A DNA stretch of 62,121 nt, filler included, from Stramenopiles sp. TOSAG23-3 (taxonomy: Eukaryota), in assembly GCA_900128585.1 (NCBI GenBank). It is 26 parts of 26 records of this genome, joined end to end, with 100 filler letters (N's around TTAATTAATTAA, not from the genome) between each part and the next. Parts side by side here need not be neighbours in the genome. Positions count along the whole stretch, not along the records: positions 21,595 to 23,889 come from LT644903.1; positions 23,990 to 26,283 come from LT644904.1; positions 26,384 to 28,677 come from LT644905.1; positions 28,778 to 31,071 come from LT644906.1; positions 31,172 to 33,464 come from LT644907.1; positions 33,565 to 35,857 come from LT644908.1; 20 more parts are not named here. One strand, written 5' to 3'. Position numbers and translations under genes: made by a program. The first letter of the stretch is position 1. The number at the start of each line of letters is the position of its first letter. A model generated the notes under the pieces. It was given only the letters and a program-made list of their open reading frames with translations, did not search any database and had not been told where the DNA came from. Positions 22,325 through 33,832 of the stretch are shown here, piece by piece.

Positions 22325-22963
22325 ATGGGTAACAAAGGTTCAAAGGGAAAGGGGAAGAAAATTCCAAAAGGGACGTTGAAGGACTTGGAAAAGAAGTCCA
22401 ACTTTAACCAGGCGGAAATAAAAATTCTATGGGAGCATTTCTGTAGCATCCGTCAAGATGGAAAAAAAGCCATGGAGATGGACTTGAACGAGTTTAAGAC
22501 TGCTGTTGGCTTTAAAGGCTCCAAATACGTGACGCGTATGTTTCAACTATTTGATGAAGACTGCGACGGGAAGATCCAGTTCAAGGAGTTCGTCAATGGT
22601 TTGTCAGCGTTGAGCGACCGCGGTAGTTTCGACGAAAAGCTGGAACTTTCATTTTTAATTTATGATGCAGATGGGGACGGGAAAATATCCCGGATCGAAT
22701 TAGCGGACATACTCCGGGCCTGTTTATCGGAGAGTGACTTAGATTTGGCGCCTGAACAGATACAAGGCTGCGTTGACTTCACGTTTAAACAACTGCAACT
22801 GGCCGACCCCAACTTTATTTCCCAGGAAGAATACAATGCGTTTGTTAATTCGAACAGAACGGAGAAGGGCCACGATTTGCTGGAAATGATGTCGTTTAAC
22901 GTTGGTAAACGTATCCAAACACTCCAGACGCTGTATTCTTCGAAATCGAAAAAAAGCAAGTGA
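22325..22963 (+). CDS. Calcineurin B-like/NCS-family myristoylated EF-hand protein
   Basis: MGNKGS N-terminus, FNQAEIKILWEHF, and EF loops DEDCDGKIQFKE and DADGDGKISRIE. Confidence 0.9.
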   Translation: MGNKGSKGKGKKIPKGTLKDLEKKSNFNQAEIKILWEHFCSIRQDGKKAMEMDLNEFKTAVGFKGSKYVTRMFQLFDEDCDGKIQFKEFVNGLSALSDRGSFDEKLELSFLIYDADGDGKISRIELADILRACLSESDLDLAPEQIQGCVDFTFKQLQLADPNFISQEEYNAFVNSNRTEKGHDLLEMMSFNVGKRIQTLQTLYSSKSKKSK

Positions 22964-23349
22964 GGATCCGGTGCGTGAAGGAAGGTCTTACCCGGCGTAC
23001 GTCAGGCAGCACGGAAGAGGAGAGCATCATTGCGCGACAGACGGTGGTGGTAATTACAACGTGTGCGTACACCTTTACACGTGTAACGTAATCTCTTACG
23101 AGTATGAAATGGCACACACGCGTCTTAAAACCATTAAAAAAACCCACACTACATAGTACGCTTTAAGACTCTCACTCTATACCAGTCGTTGATTTACCAG
23201 AATCTAAAATCGCTTTCCAAGTATGATATGATAAGTAATAATTTAAGTTTTTTTTTCGTTGTTTGTCAAGTGATATGATATGATATCATATTCCAATGAA
23301 CATAATTTATATACCTTATACATTTTATCGGTTGTTCAACACAAACACC

Positions 23350-23889
23350 CTAAACTACCTCTTCTTTTTTGCCCTCGTTGCCAGCGGCGTCGTCTACGAC
23401 TTCCTTGCCAAGCTCTTGCTCTACCGTCTCTACCATTTCCTTGATGGCACCTTGGGCGGCGCTCACGAAGCGACGTTCTTCCAGTTCCACTTGCCGTTTT
23501 ACACTCTCCCTATTCACTTCAGGCATTAAAAACGACGCAACAAGACCTTTCACGACTTCCCCGGACTCATTACCTTCATCCTCTACTTTCCCCATGGGCG
23601 GGCTGATCATGTCGCTCTTGATGCCGGCCTCATTCTCGGCCTTCTCCGTTGCAACTTGGTCGACCGTCTCGTCCATCACTTCGTCCACGTACGTTTCTGC
23701 AGTCCCTTGGTGCAGGCGCAGCATATCATTAAACACTTTATCTTCCCGAGATCTAACGTCCGACTCCGCCTGCCTTCGCCCGCTCTCTTCGGCTTGGCGC
23801 TTGCGGCGAGTGCGTTCGGCGTCCGCCACCAAGTTTGAAATGCGCCCTTCCTCACGGTTGCGAACAAGCTCTTTGGCCAAATAGTCCAC
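23350..23889 (-). CDS. CFAP91: Cilia- and flagella-associated protein 91 (MAATS1) C-terminus, 5'-partial
   Basis: LAKELVR.REE.RI...AER.RR.RQAEESGRRQAE, HQGTAETYVD and LVASFLMPEV are characteristic of CFAP91. Confidence 0.85.
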   Translation of the reverse strand: MDYLAKELVRNREEGRISNLVADAERTRRKRQAEESGRRQAESDVRSREDKVFNDMLRLHQGTAETYVDEVMDETVDQVATEKAENEAGIKSDMISPPMGKVEDEGNESGEVVKGLVASFLMPEVNRESVKRQVELEERRFVSAAQGAIKEMVETVEQELGKEVVDDAAGNEGKKEEVV

Positions 23890-23989
23890 NNNNNNNNNNN
23901 NNNNNNNNNNNNNNNNNNNNNNNNNNNNNNNNNTTAATTAATTAANNNNNNNNNNNNNNNNNNNNNNNNNNNNNNNNNNNNNNNNNNNN

Positions 23990-26044
23990 GCTGACGCTAA
24001 CACTAGATTTTCGACCGGGAACATCGTCCATGAAATTGATTTCAACGTCATTGTCCTCTCTATGGACTGGTATGTCTAAATTTATAGTGTAACAATCGTC
24101 ATCCAAGACATATGCGTAATTTACTTTTTCACTCGACTGTTCGAGCGTGTCAGCATGCTTCTGCTCCCTGAAAGTCCGTCTAGAATTTTCGTAGGAACTC
24201 GAAGCCAGTGTTGATAGTCCAGCCTCCCCAGACGCCCCACCGCAATATTTTGCGCACAGAATAGTATTTTTCAATCCTTGGGCCAACCAATCCCTTTCTT
24301 CTACAGAGTCCACATAAATATTGACTTCATTTTTTAATGTTTTTGTGTCTGCGTTTTGTAAAGTACGCTGTAAACTGACGCAATATTCATATGGACAAGA
24401 AGGGTTCCTGGTTACTAGTTTTGACATACTGATCTGGTTTATAGTTGGTAACCACAAACGCCTTGTTTCAGAGTTGCCCCCTTGTGCGCCCATAGATAGT
24501 GTTTTATATTTGCCGTCGATCCGTAATTGAGGTATGTTATCCTTCGCAGAATACCAGATCGATCCATTGTTTTGCAATGCATCTAAAGGAATTGCCAGCT
24601 TTACGGACATCTCGTCTGATCCAATGGGGCTACTGTAGCTTACTTCTGAAAATGCCAGGCCATAGTTAAGGACTCGTCTAAACGCGAGGGCGGCCCTTGC
24701 ATCATCGGCCGACTCAAAGGGTTCACTGTTCATCAAAATATCAAGCGTATTAGATACCACCGTTGCTTTAATGTGCCCCTTGTCTGAGTCGATAATCTCA
24801 AAGCGAATTTCTTTCCTCGTTGTGGTGTGAAAATGACACCAAATTTGGGGCTCTTCGCCATTGAAACAAAACTTGCACGCACGGAATGAGTTGTATGATT
24901 TGATAAAACATTGGCCATTATCTCCTATAAAACATATTTCTGTAGGCCGAGTTAGAGCGCTAGCTGGTGTTATTACCAAGTCATCAGGCTTTCCAAATAT
25001 CGAATCTACGATGTTGTACGCATCTCCCCCATGTATGGTACGAGATGACTCGTGCATAATTTTCCAAACAACTCCTTCGACGCCTCGCGCCATTAAACAA
25101 TAAAGGTTGTCCTTGCTCGAATCCTGTGAATATTTTCCCGGTACTTGGTATTGACGATCCAACGCCTGCTCTACATCCGTCTGCAACATGGAAAATGCTG
25201 CCTGGAATAACGTGTGTGATCCCATTGGCGCAGCACACGAGTTCACGAGTACAAGTTCCTCTCGAAGATAGTCTTTGATGACTTGATCGCTGTCGATGTC
25301 GAGGCCTAGTGCTGTATCTATCGAAGCATTCTTCTGGACCTCTTCTTTTGAAAAAAGTGCCACCGGTATACTGAACAATTTTTCCGTGTGTATTTTGATC
25401 AAATCGACATATTCTTTACGTCTTCGAACTTTCAACAAATCACCTTTCAGGGTAGCTATGTATTTATACAGATCTTTTTCCGTATTGATAGCAGCACTAT
25501 CGTTTTTCATTCCACCGCGTCTACGAGGTGAAACATAGCTATTCTCTAAATTTAACCGTTCAAGCAGTAAATTAAACTTGTTCTTCGGCAGGTATGCACA
25601 TTTTACGGACCTACTTTTGGCATAAACGTCGTGGCGGGAAATTGTATCTTTAATCAGTGAAAGACTGCCAATAATATCGCCAGGTCTGCGTGCACTGGTT
25701 TTATGTTCCGTCTCAGCCAGTTCACCGTGAAGGACAATATAAAGCCCTTTAATCTTTTGACCAGTCTGGACGACCAATGTTTTTCTATCAAATACAATCC
25801 ATTCAATGAAATGTCCAGCAATTATGTTAAGTTCACATTTTGAGAACTCAGAAAAAAGTGGAATAGACGGCAAATACTGCATTGCAACGCGTTCGATGTC
25901 TGAAAGCGAAGGAGAAAAGCTTTCACCGTAATCTTGAAAATTGGCTCGTTGGGAATTGTCCACTTTTTTCGGCTCACCGGCAGCAAGACCGATCTTTCCC
26001 TGGTAGTTAAAAGAAGAGGGAAATTTTCCTAAACTTCCAAACAT
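23990..26044 (-). CDS. Cyclic-nucleotide-binding domain protein with further uncharacterised domains, 3'-partial
   Basis: LPSIPLFSEFS...GLYIVLHGEL...PGDIIGSLSLI is a CNB-like pattern. Probable ATG at 26044. Confidence 0.7.
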
Positions 26045-26383
26045 GTTTAGACTATTTTGATTACACTTTTGCAAGATGAAGTCTACTGCATTGCATTGCA
26101 CGAATCAGGGACAAATCGAAAAGGGGGGGAAACTTCAAATGAACCTGACCACTATTTCAGAATCGCTATTTTTGTTACTAACAGCTACATAAGAAAAAGA
26201 AACCACTATTGAAATATACCATCACGCATCCAACACAATTAAACAAATCAAACAAAGACTTCTTTTTTTTTTCTTCTTTCTTCNNNNNNNNNNNNNNNNN
26301 NNNNNNNNNNNNNNNNNNNNNNNNNNNTTAATTAATTAANNNNNNNNNNNNNNNNNNNNNNNNNNNNNNNNNNNNNNNNNNNN

Positions 26384-27635
26384 GTGCCACCCGCTTTGGA
26401 GGTATTGCTGGTGCAGTCTTTTGAACAGAGACATTGGTTTTCGCCATAGGCGCAGTCTTTGCCACCGGGGACGAAGCTTTCTTCCTCGGCGGAACCGACG
26501 GGGCAGTCCGTTTCACTGGGACTGGTGGCGCGGCCTTTGTCACCGGGGACGGGGCTTTTTTTTTCGGAGGAAACGACGGGGCAGTCCGTTTCACTGGGAC
26601 TGGTGGCGGGGCCGTTTTCTTCACCGGCGATGGCCCCGTCGCCCTTTTGTTAGATGATGCCGCTACTGGGGAGACGTTACTGCCGGCAGACGTTGTGGCT
26701 GAAAGTGGGGATGTCTTCACTACCCCAGACGTTCGACTAATGAAACGTGTTTTGAAACTCCCCCCCGTTGAGCTGGGCGCAACCATATGTGGGTGGCTGA
26801 GCGCGACGTTTTTCTTTGCGACAGAAGACGCGGACTGGTACTCTCGGCCGACGACCAGTGTGGTGGCCCCGTCGTCCGGGCCGTGGAGTAACGCGGAGTT
26901 TTGCACCGGCTGTGTCTCTTCTTTCAAAGTGTATCCTTCACGGCCTTCACTAATATGCTCTTGAAGGATATGGGATGCCCGTTTCGTCGCCCTTTTCGCA
27001 ATTTTTTTTGACGGGCGGGCCCTTGCTGGCGCCGGAGGACTTTGCTGCTCCGATGGCATGCCTTTCCTCTGCGCAGCCCGGGCTCGCTGTGCGGGTGATG
27101 CCCGTCCAAACGAGCCCCGGCGCGAACTGACACTAACCTGTTTCGTAAGAGACGGGGTTTCCACCTTTGGTTTCGGGGCTGTCCTTGGTGCTCGCTGTGG
27201 CGGGCTCTTGCTGCCCCCCCCCCGTTTCTTGCCAAACATGCGGGACATAAGTCCTTGTTTCGGCGAGCTACTATCCTTGTCATCCTCCTGCTTCCAGATT
27301 TTCTTCTCGATGTGCCGTGGTTTCACGCCCAGTCCTCCAAAAAACAGCGGGTCCTGCTGGCCGTAGTACTTCATCCGCATCTCTGGCGTGTGCAGGTTTG
27401 TAAAGGTCAAAAGGACGGGCCGTCCTGAAAATTTTATTCTCTGCAAAACGTCTGGAAACGGGAGCGATTCCAAAGGGTCCCCGTTTAGTTCTATTAATAT
27501 GTCCCCTTGGTGCAAACCACGGTTTGCACTTTGCCCGGTCGGGCGTCCCTTTACAACAGGAAATCCTGTGGGGGATTCAACTAAAACTAGTCCTAAAGAC
27601 TCATATTCGGTATAATTAAGTTCGAAGACGTTCAT
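26384..27635 (-). CDS. PDZ-domain protein with Pro/Lys-rich repeats, 3'-partial
   Basis: SLGLVL...GLHQGDILIELNG...DVLQRIK..GRPVLLTF is a PDZ pattern. PPVPVKRTAPS repeats could be SH3 ligands. Confidence 0.8.
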
Positions 27636-28358
27636 TCGTATCCTTCCCGCCCGTCGGGTTGCCTCCTTTCTTCTTTCCCTCTTCCCTTCTCGTCGCGCGC
27701 AAACCTTCTCTTTCCCTCTCTTTATACAAAGTACGACTATATGTATGCACACAGAGTGATAAATTTAACATATACAGAGATAATTTTCAAACTCATTCGA
27801 TGAACGCACATACACAAAACAAATATGCACCGATGTTCCTTTTCTTTTTCTTCTTCATCATAAATAATATATGTAAATATTATATTAACCATGGTATTTT
27901 AGAAGAAGAAGAAGAGGTTTTTTTTATTTAATAAAAAATTTTAAAGATTTTTTTGTAATTTTTTAGAAGAAGAGAAGTGTATTACGATATCATCTCTATT
28001 TATCCAAAATTAAATGCATTATTCTTATATCTTTTTATAATAAGTTTATTTTTATTCTTTTTATGTCCAATATATGTATAATACATATTATTTGCTTTTT
28101 TGTCAGTCCACCACACCGACATTTTTTATTTTTCAGAAGAAAGAAAGCAAGATGATTATTTCATTCAGAAGATTATTTCATTTTTTTATCGTATTAACGT
28201 ATATCAATTATCAGATTGAATGTAGAAAGATTCATCAATGTTTTCTGTGACATTACATGGTTGTACATAATAGTTTGAACATTTGAGATCACAAGGAAAG
28301 GTACACCAGTAGAGTCAGACACTTGATTGATTTTTCTATACACTATATATATACACAA

Positions 28359-28677
28359 ATGCAGAGACGCTTGATTGTGGGCAGCAGGGCGCGAACGATG
28401 TTTCGGCATTTGGCTTGCGGCAGGAACTATACTTGTGCTAGGAGCCATGGTACTTGCACGGCATTGAACTACGCGCGTATATCTGGGGAGAAGGATACCC
28501 TTGTCGACGGTTGGAAGCGTGCAGGATTTGACGTTCAAGATGGGAAAATTAAAATAGGGTTTATGGAATTTGAGCTGGCTCACGGCAGGCCAATTTCAGT
28601 CGATTTTCTGAAATTTCAAAACCTTCCCGAAAACGTCGAGACGATCAATAGCAGCATACAAGTAGGGGGAAATGATG
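28359..28677 (+). CDS. N-terminal fragment with mitochondrial-transit-like leader; possibly glyoxalase/VOC-like
   Basis: Arg-rich, acid-free leader MQRRLIVGSRARTMFRHL, then WKRAGFDV..G.I.IG. Family assignment is weak. Confidence 0.45.
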
Positions 28678-28777
28678 NNNNNNNNNNNNNNNNNNNNNNN
28701 NNNNNNNNNNNNNNNNNNNNNTTAATTAATTAANNNNNNNNNNNNNNNNNNNNNNNNNNNNNNNNNNNNNNNNNNNN

Positions 28778-30745
28778 TGGCAGCCACTGTTCGAGTACGG
28801 GCGCGAAGAGGACAGCTTTTATAGCAAAGTCAGGAATACCAAAGATAAATGGGTGCAGGAAAAATATCAAAGCATTTCCCAACGTTTCAGTGACGGGGTG
28901 AGCAGCATCCTAAAAACGTGGCTGTTCAACGTGTTTAATGAACACTACCTTAAAGAAGGGAAAGGGAGGAACGGCGAAAAGATGTACCATGAGCTTATGA
29001 TAACGTTGGGTTCTGACCAATTTCTACGATTTGTGGACAGGATGTTCCAACTGTTGCGTGATTGCCGTACGTTGCTTCTGGAGGAAGAGAAATTAGAAGG
29101 GGGCAAAAATAGAATTCAAAAAGACAAAGCGTTCGTTATAAAGAAACTCGGGGTCCTCAAAGACAATCTTAAAGCACCAGATGAAGGCGTGTTAAATGAT
29201 CTGTACAAAAGTGGGGTTGATGTGGTAGATTCGTTTTTCGAGCTAAATGGCAAGAGCTTATACGTTAACGTGTACAGCCCCGATGTCGTTGGAAATTTCA
29301 TATTTGACTATCTTTCTCATAAGCTTGGTACACACATAAAGTTGTTCGGCGGTGCAAAATGGGTAGTGTATAGTTTATGGGGTTCGAACAAAGAGTATAG
29401 CGAGAAGAAATGGAAAACCTGGCAAACGGCAGTCTACAATTTTATCAGGAAAGAGATCTACCTCCCTCTGGCAACAAACCCAGATAGAACGTGGATGAGT
29501 ATGAAGAAGCGCATCGGCAAGTGCGAAGCATCGCGTGGGGAAAAGAGCAAGTGTTACCACGAAACAGTCCCCTGTCCGAAAATGAACACGGCGGAGCAGC
29601 TAGCGATTAGCCGATGCCAGGAGTGCTATAAAACAGGAACATGCGTGTCACACCCTGGGTCTACGATGAAGCTCGACCCCCAGCCAAAAACGCCTTGGAA
29701 TGTTCGCGTTCACTTAAGCCCCCAGATACTAGAAGATAGATTCTATGATCTCTTTTCATCTGCGCCCCAACGGCTGCAGCACGATTACAGGGCGTGCTCT
29801 GTAAAAGAATCGGCAAAAAACATACGAAATGCTGAACATTGGTGCCCCAATGTAGCATTGCCCGAACCAAACATGTTTAAAATGTTTCAGAAGCAAGAAA
29901 AGATTAAGTTTGAACTTTGGTGGACCCAGTCGTTCAGGAACCTCCAACTTAAGACCGACTATGATGAAGCAAACATTACCAGCAAGTGGACAAGTGAGGG
30001 CTTCTCCGCAGAAGGGTTCCAATGCGAAAAAGACTGTGAGCGCTGCTACGGCGACGGGTATTACGAGTTTCCGGATGCAGAAAAATATGAAATACAATAC
30101 GTCCCTCACACGACCACCTATATGGAAGGTACAGGCGGCCCAGGTATACCATGGATTCGGAAGGAGAACTGGGACGTCAACATGGGTGCATACTACCCAA
30201 AGTGCGAGTGTGAGCCATCTTACTATACAACTGCCCAAGAAAACCCCAAGCTCTGTAAGGGGGAAAAGTACGGGGATAATACCATGGTGTGTGAACTTGT
30301 CCGCAACGGGGGGATTTTGAACGGGTGTCACCAAGGCCACTTCGTAATATCTGGGAGGAAGGGCGAAGACACCAAATGTTTTCTAGTAGAAATAAATCTC
30401 CATGAGGCCGACCACAAGTTCACACAATTTGAGATTGTCGAACAATATCGCTTCGACTACACAAGGCAGTGCGCCCGAGACCACATAGGCTCGTTTTTAA
30501 AGTCACGGTCGGCAAATGCAACCCGTGCATATCCGACAGTAACGCCGCTGAAGGAAAATTGCGTGGAGAACTGGGAAGGGGACAGTGATATGACTACCCC
30601 GGCTCAAACGTACTGCAGAAGGGAGAAAGACGATACGTTTGACAAAGCCATGAAAAAGATAGTAAAGGGTCGTCAGGACCAAGCAAAGGAAAGTAACTTG
30701 CGACGACGTCTGCTCATGAGCCAATCGTCTTCTTCGGCGTCATAA
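28778..30745 (+). CDS. Uncharacterised Cys-rich protein, 5'-partial
   Basis: About 655 open codons from the contig start, many CxxC motifs, C-terminal NLRRRLL. Confidence 0.8.
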   Translation, partial: WQPLFEYGREEDSFYSKVRNTKDKWVQEKYQSISQRFSDGVSSILKTWLFNVFNEHYLKEGKGRNGEKMYHELMITLGSDQFLRFVDRMFQLLRDCRTLLLEEEKLEGGKNRIQKDKAFVIKKLGVLKDNLKAPDEGVLNDLYKSGVDVVDSFFELNGKSLYVNVYSPDVVGNFIFDYLSHKLGTHIKLFGGAKWVVYSLWGSNKEYSEKKWKTWQTAVYNFIRKEIYLPLATNPDRTWMSMKKRIGKCEASRGEKSKCYHETVPCPKMNTAEQLAISRCQECYKTGTCVSHPGSTMKLDPQPKTPWNVRVHLSPQILEDRFYDLFSSAPQRLQHDYRACSVKESAKNIRNAEHWCPNVALPEPNMFKMFQKQEKIKFELWWTQSFRNLQLKTDYDEANITSKWTSEGFSAEGFQCEKDCERCYGDGYYEFPDAEKYEIQYVPHTTTYMEGTGGPGIPWIRKENWDVNMGAYYPKCECEPSYYTTAQENPKLCKGEKYGDNTMVCELVRNGGILNGCHQGHFVISGRKGEDTKCFLVEINLHEADHKFTQFEIVEQYRFDYTRQCARDHIGSFLKSRSANATRAYPTVTPLKENCVENWEGDSDMTTPAQTYCRREKDDTFDKAMKKIVKGRQDQAKESNLRRRLLMSQSSSSAS

Positions 30746-31380
30746 AAAAACGACGGGAGTCCAGTGTTAGGAAAATAGTAAAACCTCTAAAATGCTCAAA
30801 ATGCTGCTGAGTAGAGATTCATTGTCGCGGCCTCTGGTAGTTAATTTTATTTTTAATACATATATTAAATAGCACTATTATACCTGGTACATAATTTATT
30901 ATTAATTCTTTCTTCTTCAATAAATATAATAATAATAATAATAATAAAATAATATATTATTCAATAAATACAACTGGCTGGCATTTATTTCAAAAGCAGA
31001 TATGGATGTGTATGAATGACACAATAGAAGAGAAAGAAACATGTTCGACACATCTGTTGGACGCAGTAAACNNNNNNNNNNNNNNNNNNNNNNNNNNNNN
31101 NNNNNNNNNNNNNNNTTAATTAATTAANNNNNNNNNNNNNNNNNNNNNNNNNNNNNNNNNNNNNNNNNNNNCTCTATCCCAAAACGTATTATGATGATCA
31201 TAATGATGAGTTTTTTTCAAGTCGTATACATAAACCTGCGTAAATGTATTAAAATCAATATATTCATTTACCAATTTCCATTTCGGGGTATAATTTCACA
31301 CAAGGTTTGAGTTATCTATGAACGAGACATTGGACGAGGAAGCTGACCACGGGTCATTTGCAAGCATTGCCAATCCACCT

Positions 31381-31663
31381 ACCGATTCGGATCAATGCAT
31401 GGAGTACATCTGAGAATGATTAGTCAAGACTAAGTGACACAAGTGTAAAAAAAAAACTAAGTGACACAAGAGTGTATGATATTGATTTTAGAAATCTGTG
31501 AACAAAATGAGCAGATTCGTTTTCGCGGTAAAACATGAGGAAGATTAAGCTTAGCTTATTTAATTTTTAATTAACTCGTAAATACAGCCAAATTTTGTTT
31601 TTAACTAAATTAACACTCTCGTAGTACTTTTTGTGCTCTTTAAATTAACAGCCAATTTTTTGT
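31381..31663 (+). mobile_element. MITE-like dispersed element, copy C (core + two degenerate inverted terminal motifs)
   Basis: accgattcggatcaatgcatggagtacatc...agtcaagacta.gtgac and gagcagattcgttttcgcggta match copy A. Reverse-complement termini at ~31580-31602 and ~31641-31663. Confidence 0.6.
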
Positions 31664-31713
31664 AATTTCAAAAAAAGGATTTATTAGGATCGGTTTCTTT
31701 GCGTATTTGTCTT

Positions 31714-32787
31714 TCAATTGTTCAGCGACCTGCGATAATTAGTGATCAATGGCAGAAGTTGTGGCCACTCTAATTTACCTTCGCGGAGAAAACCGAGGTA
31801 ACACGCAGTCTCGCCCAATGCAAACCACGATTCTACTTTTCTAATCATTGCTTCGGTAATTTTAAATTTTCTCTTTGCGGCTGCATGGTTGGCTATGGGT
31901 AACTCAAGCGCCAACGCCGCATTTGCCTCCATCAAACGGTTCCAGATGCCATCTGCAAGGCCTTCGATCAGCCCGATGCGGTCGACGGGGTGCAGCTCCG
32001 TCGGCGCATCGGACATTAACCCGGAGTGGCTGAGTAACCAGAAAAACAGGGAATCGTTCAAATACGGGCGATCCGGATCGCCGATCCTTTTCCCATACCT
32101 CACGTTCACCGATATGGGCTTGAATACACACCTTGGAAACGCTTCCTTCATTCGCGCAAGCAAAATAGCGGCGATCCTATTTTGGGAGATGTTTTCCAGA
32201 AAGCAGCGAGGATCACTCGGGTAGGACTTTTGAAAGTGCAAAAGTTCGAACCGAGCATTTTGTTGGTCGCTCAATACTTTTGCGCGGAACTGAAAAAAAA
32301 TGGGCCGTTCAGGATATTTCGATGCCAAAACGTCCATCGTTTTGACTCTATGCTGCCCGTCCATGATGAAGAATTCCATCTTAGGATACGATTCTATCAC
32401 AATTAGGTTTATTTGGCCGAACTCCAAGTAAGTCCCGCACTTGCCATAGTTTTCCTCGTTTTCCAGCACTCGCTCGGCTACAACGTCGTCGTTTATTGCA
32501 CGGTTTGTGTTCATTGGAAGAAACGCACACCCACTCTTCATGAGCGAGGCATATTGGGCAAAACCCGTGTACACGGGGGGGGCACTCTCGCTCCTTACTA
32601 CAGTGCCTGCTTGTAGAGCATCGTCTAGGATTCTCACAAGCGGGGACACTGCTCCACGGTGCCGTTTACCACGTGCATTGGCAAGCACCACCCTGCTATG
32701 GGTTTCCTCTGGGTTTTCAACGGTGGAGGAGGAACCACTACCGGCACTACCTTCTTGAGACTGGGCACGACTTCGTTTCCTGGACAT
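31714..32787 (-). CDS. DGQHR-domain (ParB/DndB-like) protein
   Basis: NRAINDDVV...FGQINL...FFIMDGQHRVKTM. Basic NLS-like N-terminus MSRKRSR and RGKRHR. Confidence 0.75.
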   Translation of the reverse strand: MSRKRSRAQSQEGSAGSGSSSTVENPEETHSRVVLANARGKRHRGAVSPLVRILDDALQAGTVVRSESAPPVYTGFAQYASLMKSGCAFLPMNTNRAINDDVVAERVLENEENYGKCGTYLEFGQINLIVIESYPKMEFFIMDGQHRVKTMDVLASKYPERPIFFQFRAKVLSDQQNARFELLHFQKSYPSDPRCFLENISQNRIAAILLARMKEAFPRCVFKPISVNVRYGKRIGDPDRPYLNDSLFFWLLSHSGLMSDAPTELHPVDRIGLIEGLADGIWNRLMEANAALALELPIANHAAAKRKFKITEAMIRKVESWFALGETACYLGFLREGKLEWPQLLPLITNYRRSLNN

Positions 32788-33832
32788 GGAAGAAGATCCT
32801 GCTGTTCCTTACAAATCAAGTTCGTTGTAGAAGAGAAGGACAAGAACTTTTTCTCTCTTTTTGTGGGATTCTTCCTGCCGCACTTTCATCTGTGCATATT
32901 TACTTTGGACCAATACTTTTAAAGGATTTCTTACTTTATTTCTTGTATTACGAAATCGTATTGCACTTCTCGTATACAATTAATTGTAAATACGCTCACT
33001 CTATTATAATTGTGAATTACCTTGGTGGGTAGGACGAAGTCATCGACGATAATATTAATTATATATATAATAAATAATAAAAAAAATTATTCCTTCTTCT
33101 CTTCTCTTCTCTCCTCTCTCCTCTCCTCTCCTCGCCTCCTCCTCTTCCCTCTTCCTCCTTCTTCTTTTTCTCGTTCGTTGTTTTTTGAAATCTTTTTTTG
33201 TTGTTGATTATTGATTTCTTGTTTTTCTCTGAGAAAAAAAGAAGTATCATAGGAGAATAGAAGTCATATACAAATGTGTAATACCCCGTACATCCTCGTA
33301 GTCTACGAGTATACTCGTATATTATAGTCATTACATTAGCCAAATTACATTAGGTTACATTAGGGTAAATAATGATGAGAATTGAAGCAAGAAAGAAGAA
33401 AGGAAATAGAAAGAAAAGAGACAGTTCAATTTAAATTATAATACCAACTTCGTAATTATTAAAGNNNNNNNNNNNNNNNNNNNNNNNNNNNNNNNNNNNN
33501 NNNNNNNNTTAATTAATTAANNNNNNNNNNNNNNNNNNNNNNNNNNNNNNNNNNNNNNNNNNNNGCGTAAAAAAGATGGAAGTTACAAAGTAAAAAAGGA
33601 GCCAGGAGATATTTTCTGGGAGGAATATTTGTCGTCCGGCTCCCTGCTCCGTGTTACATCTAAGGCCAACAAAGAATACTTTCACGCTGTGCCAAAGGAA
33701 AAAAATTGGCAAGGACCCCCGCGTTATTCCCTGATATTCCGTACGATTTCGATTTAATACCAACCTCCGTTGGCGCGAACGCAGTTCGTAACGCGCCCCC
33801 AATCCCTAGCGTAATTAATATTTACTTGATAG

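Noticed and set aside
30809-30832. Possible fifth copy of the dispersed element (gagtagagattcattgtcgcgg)
   Set aside because: The match is too short and gapped, with no terminal motif nearby.
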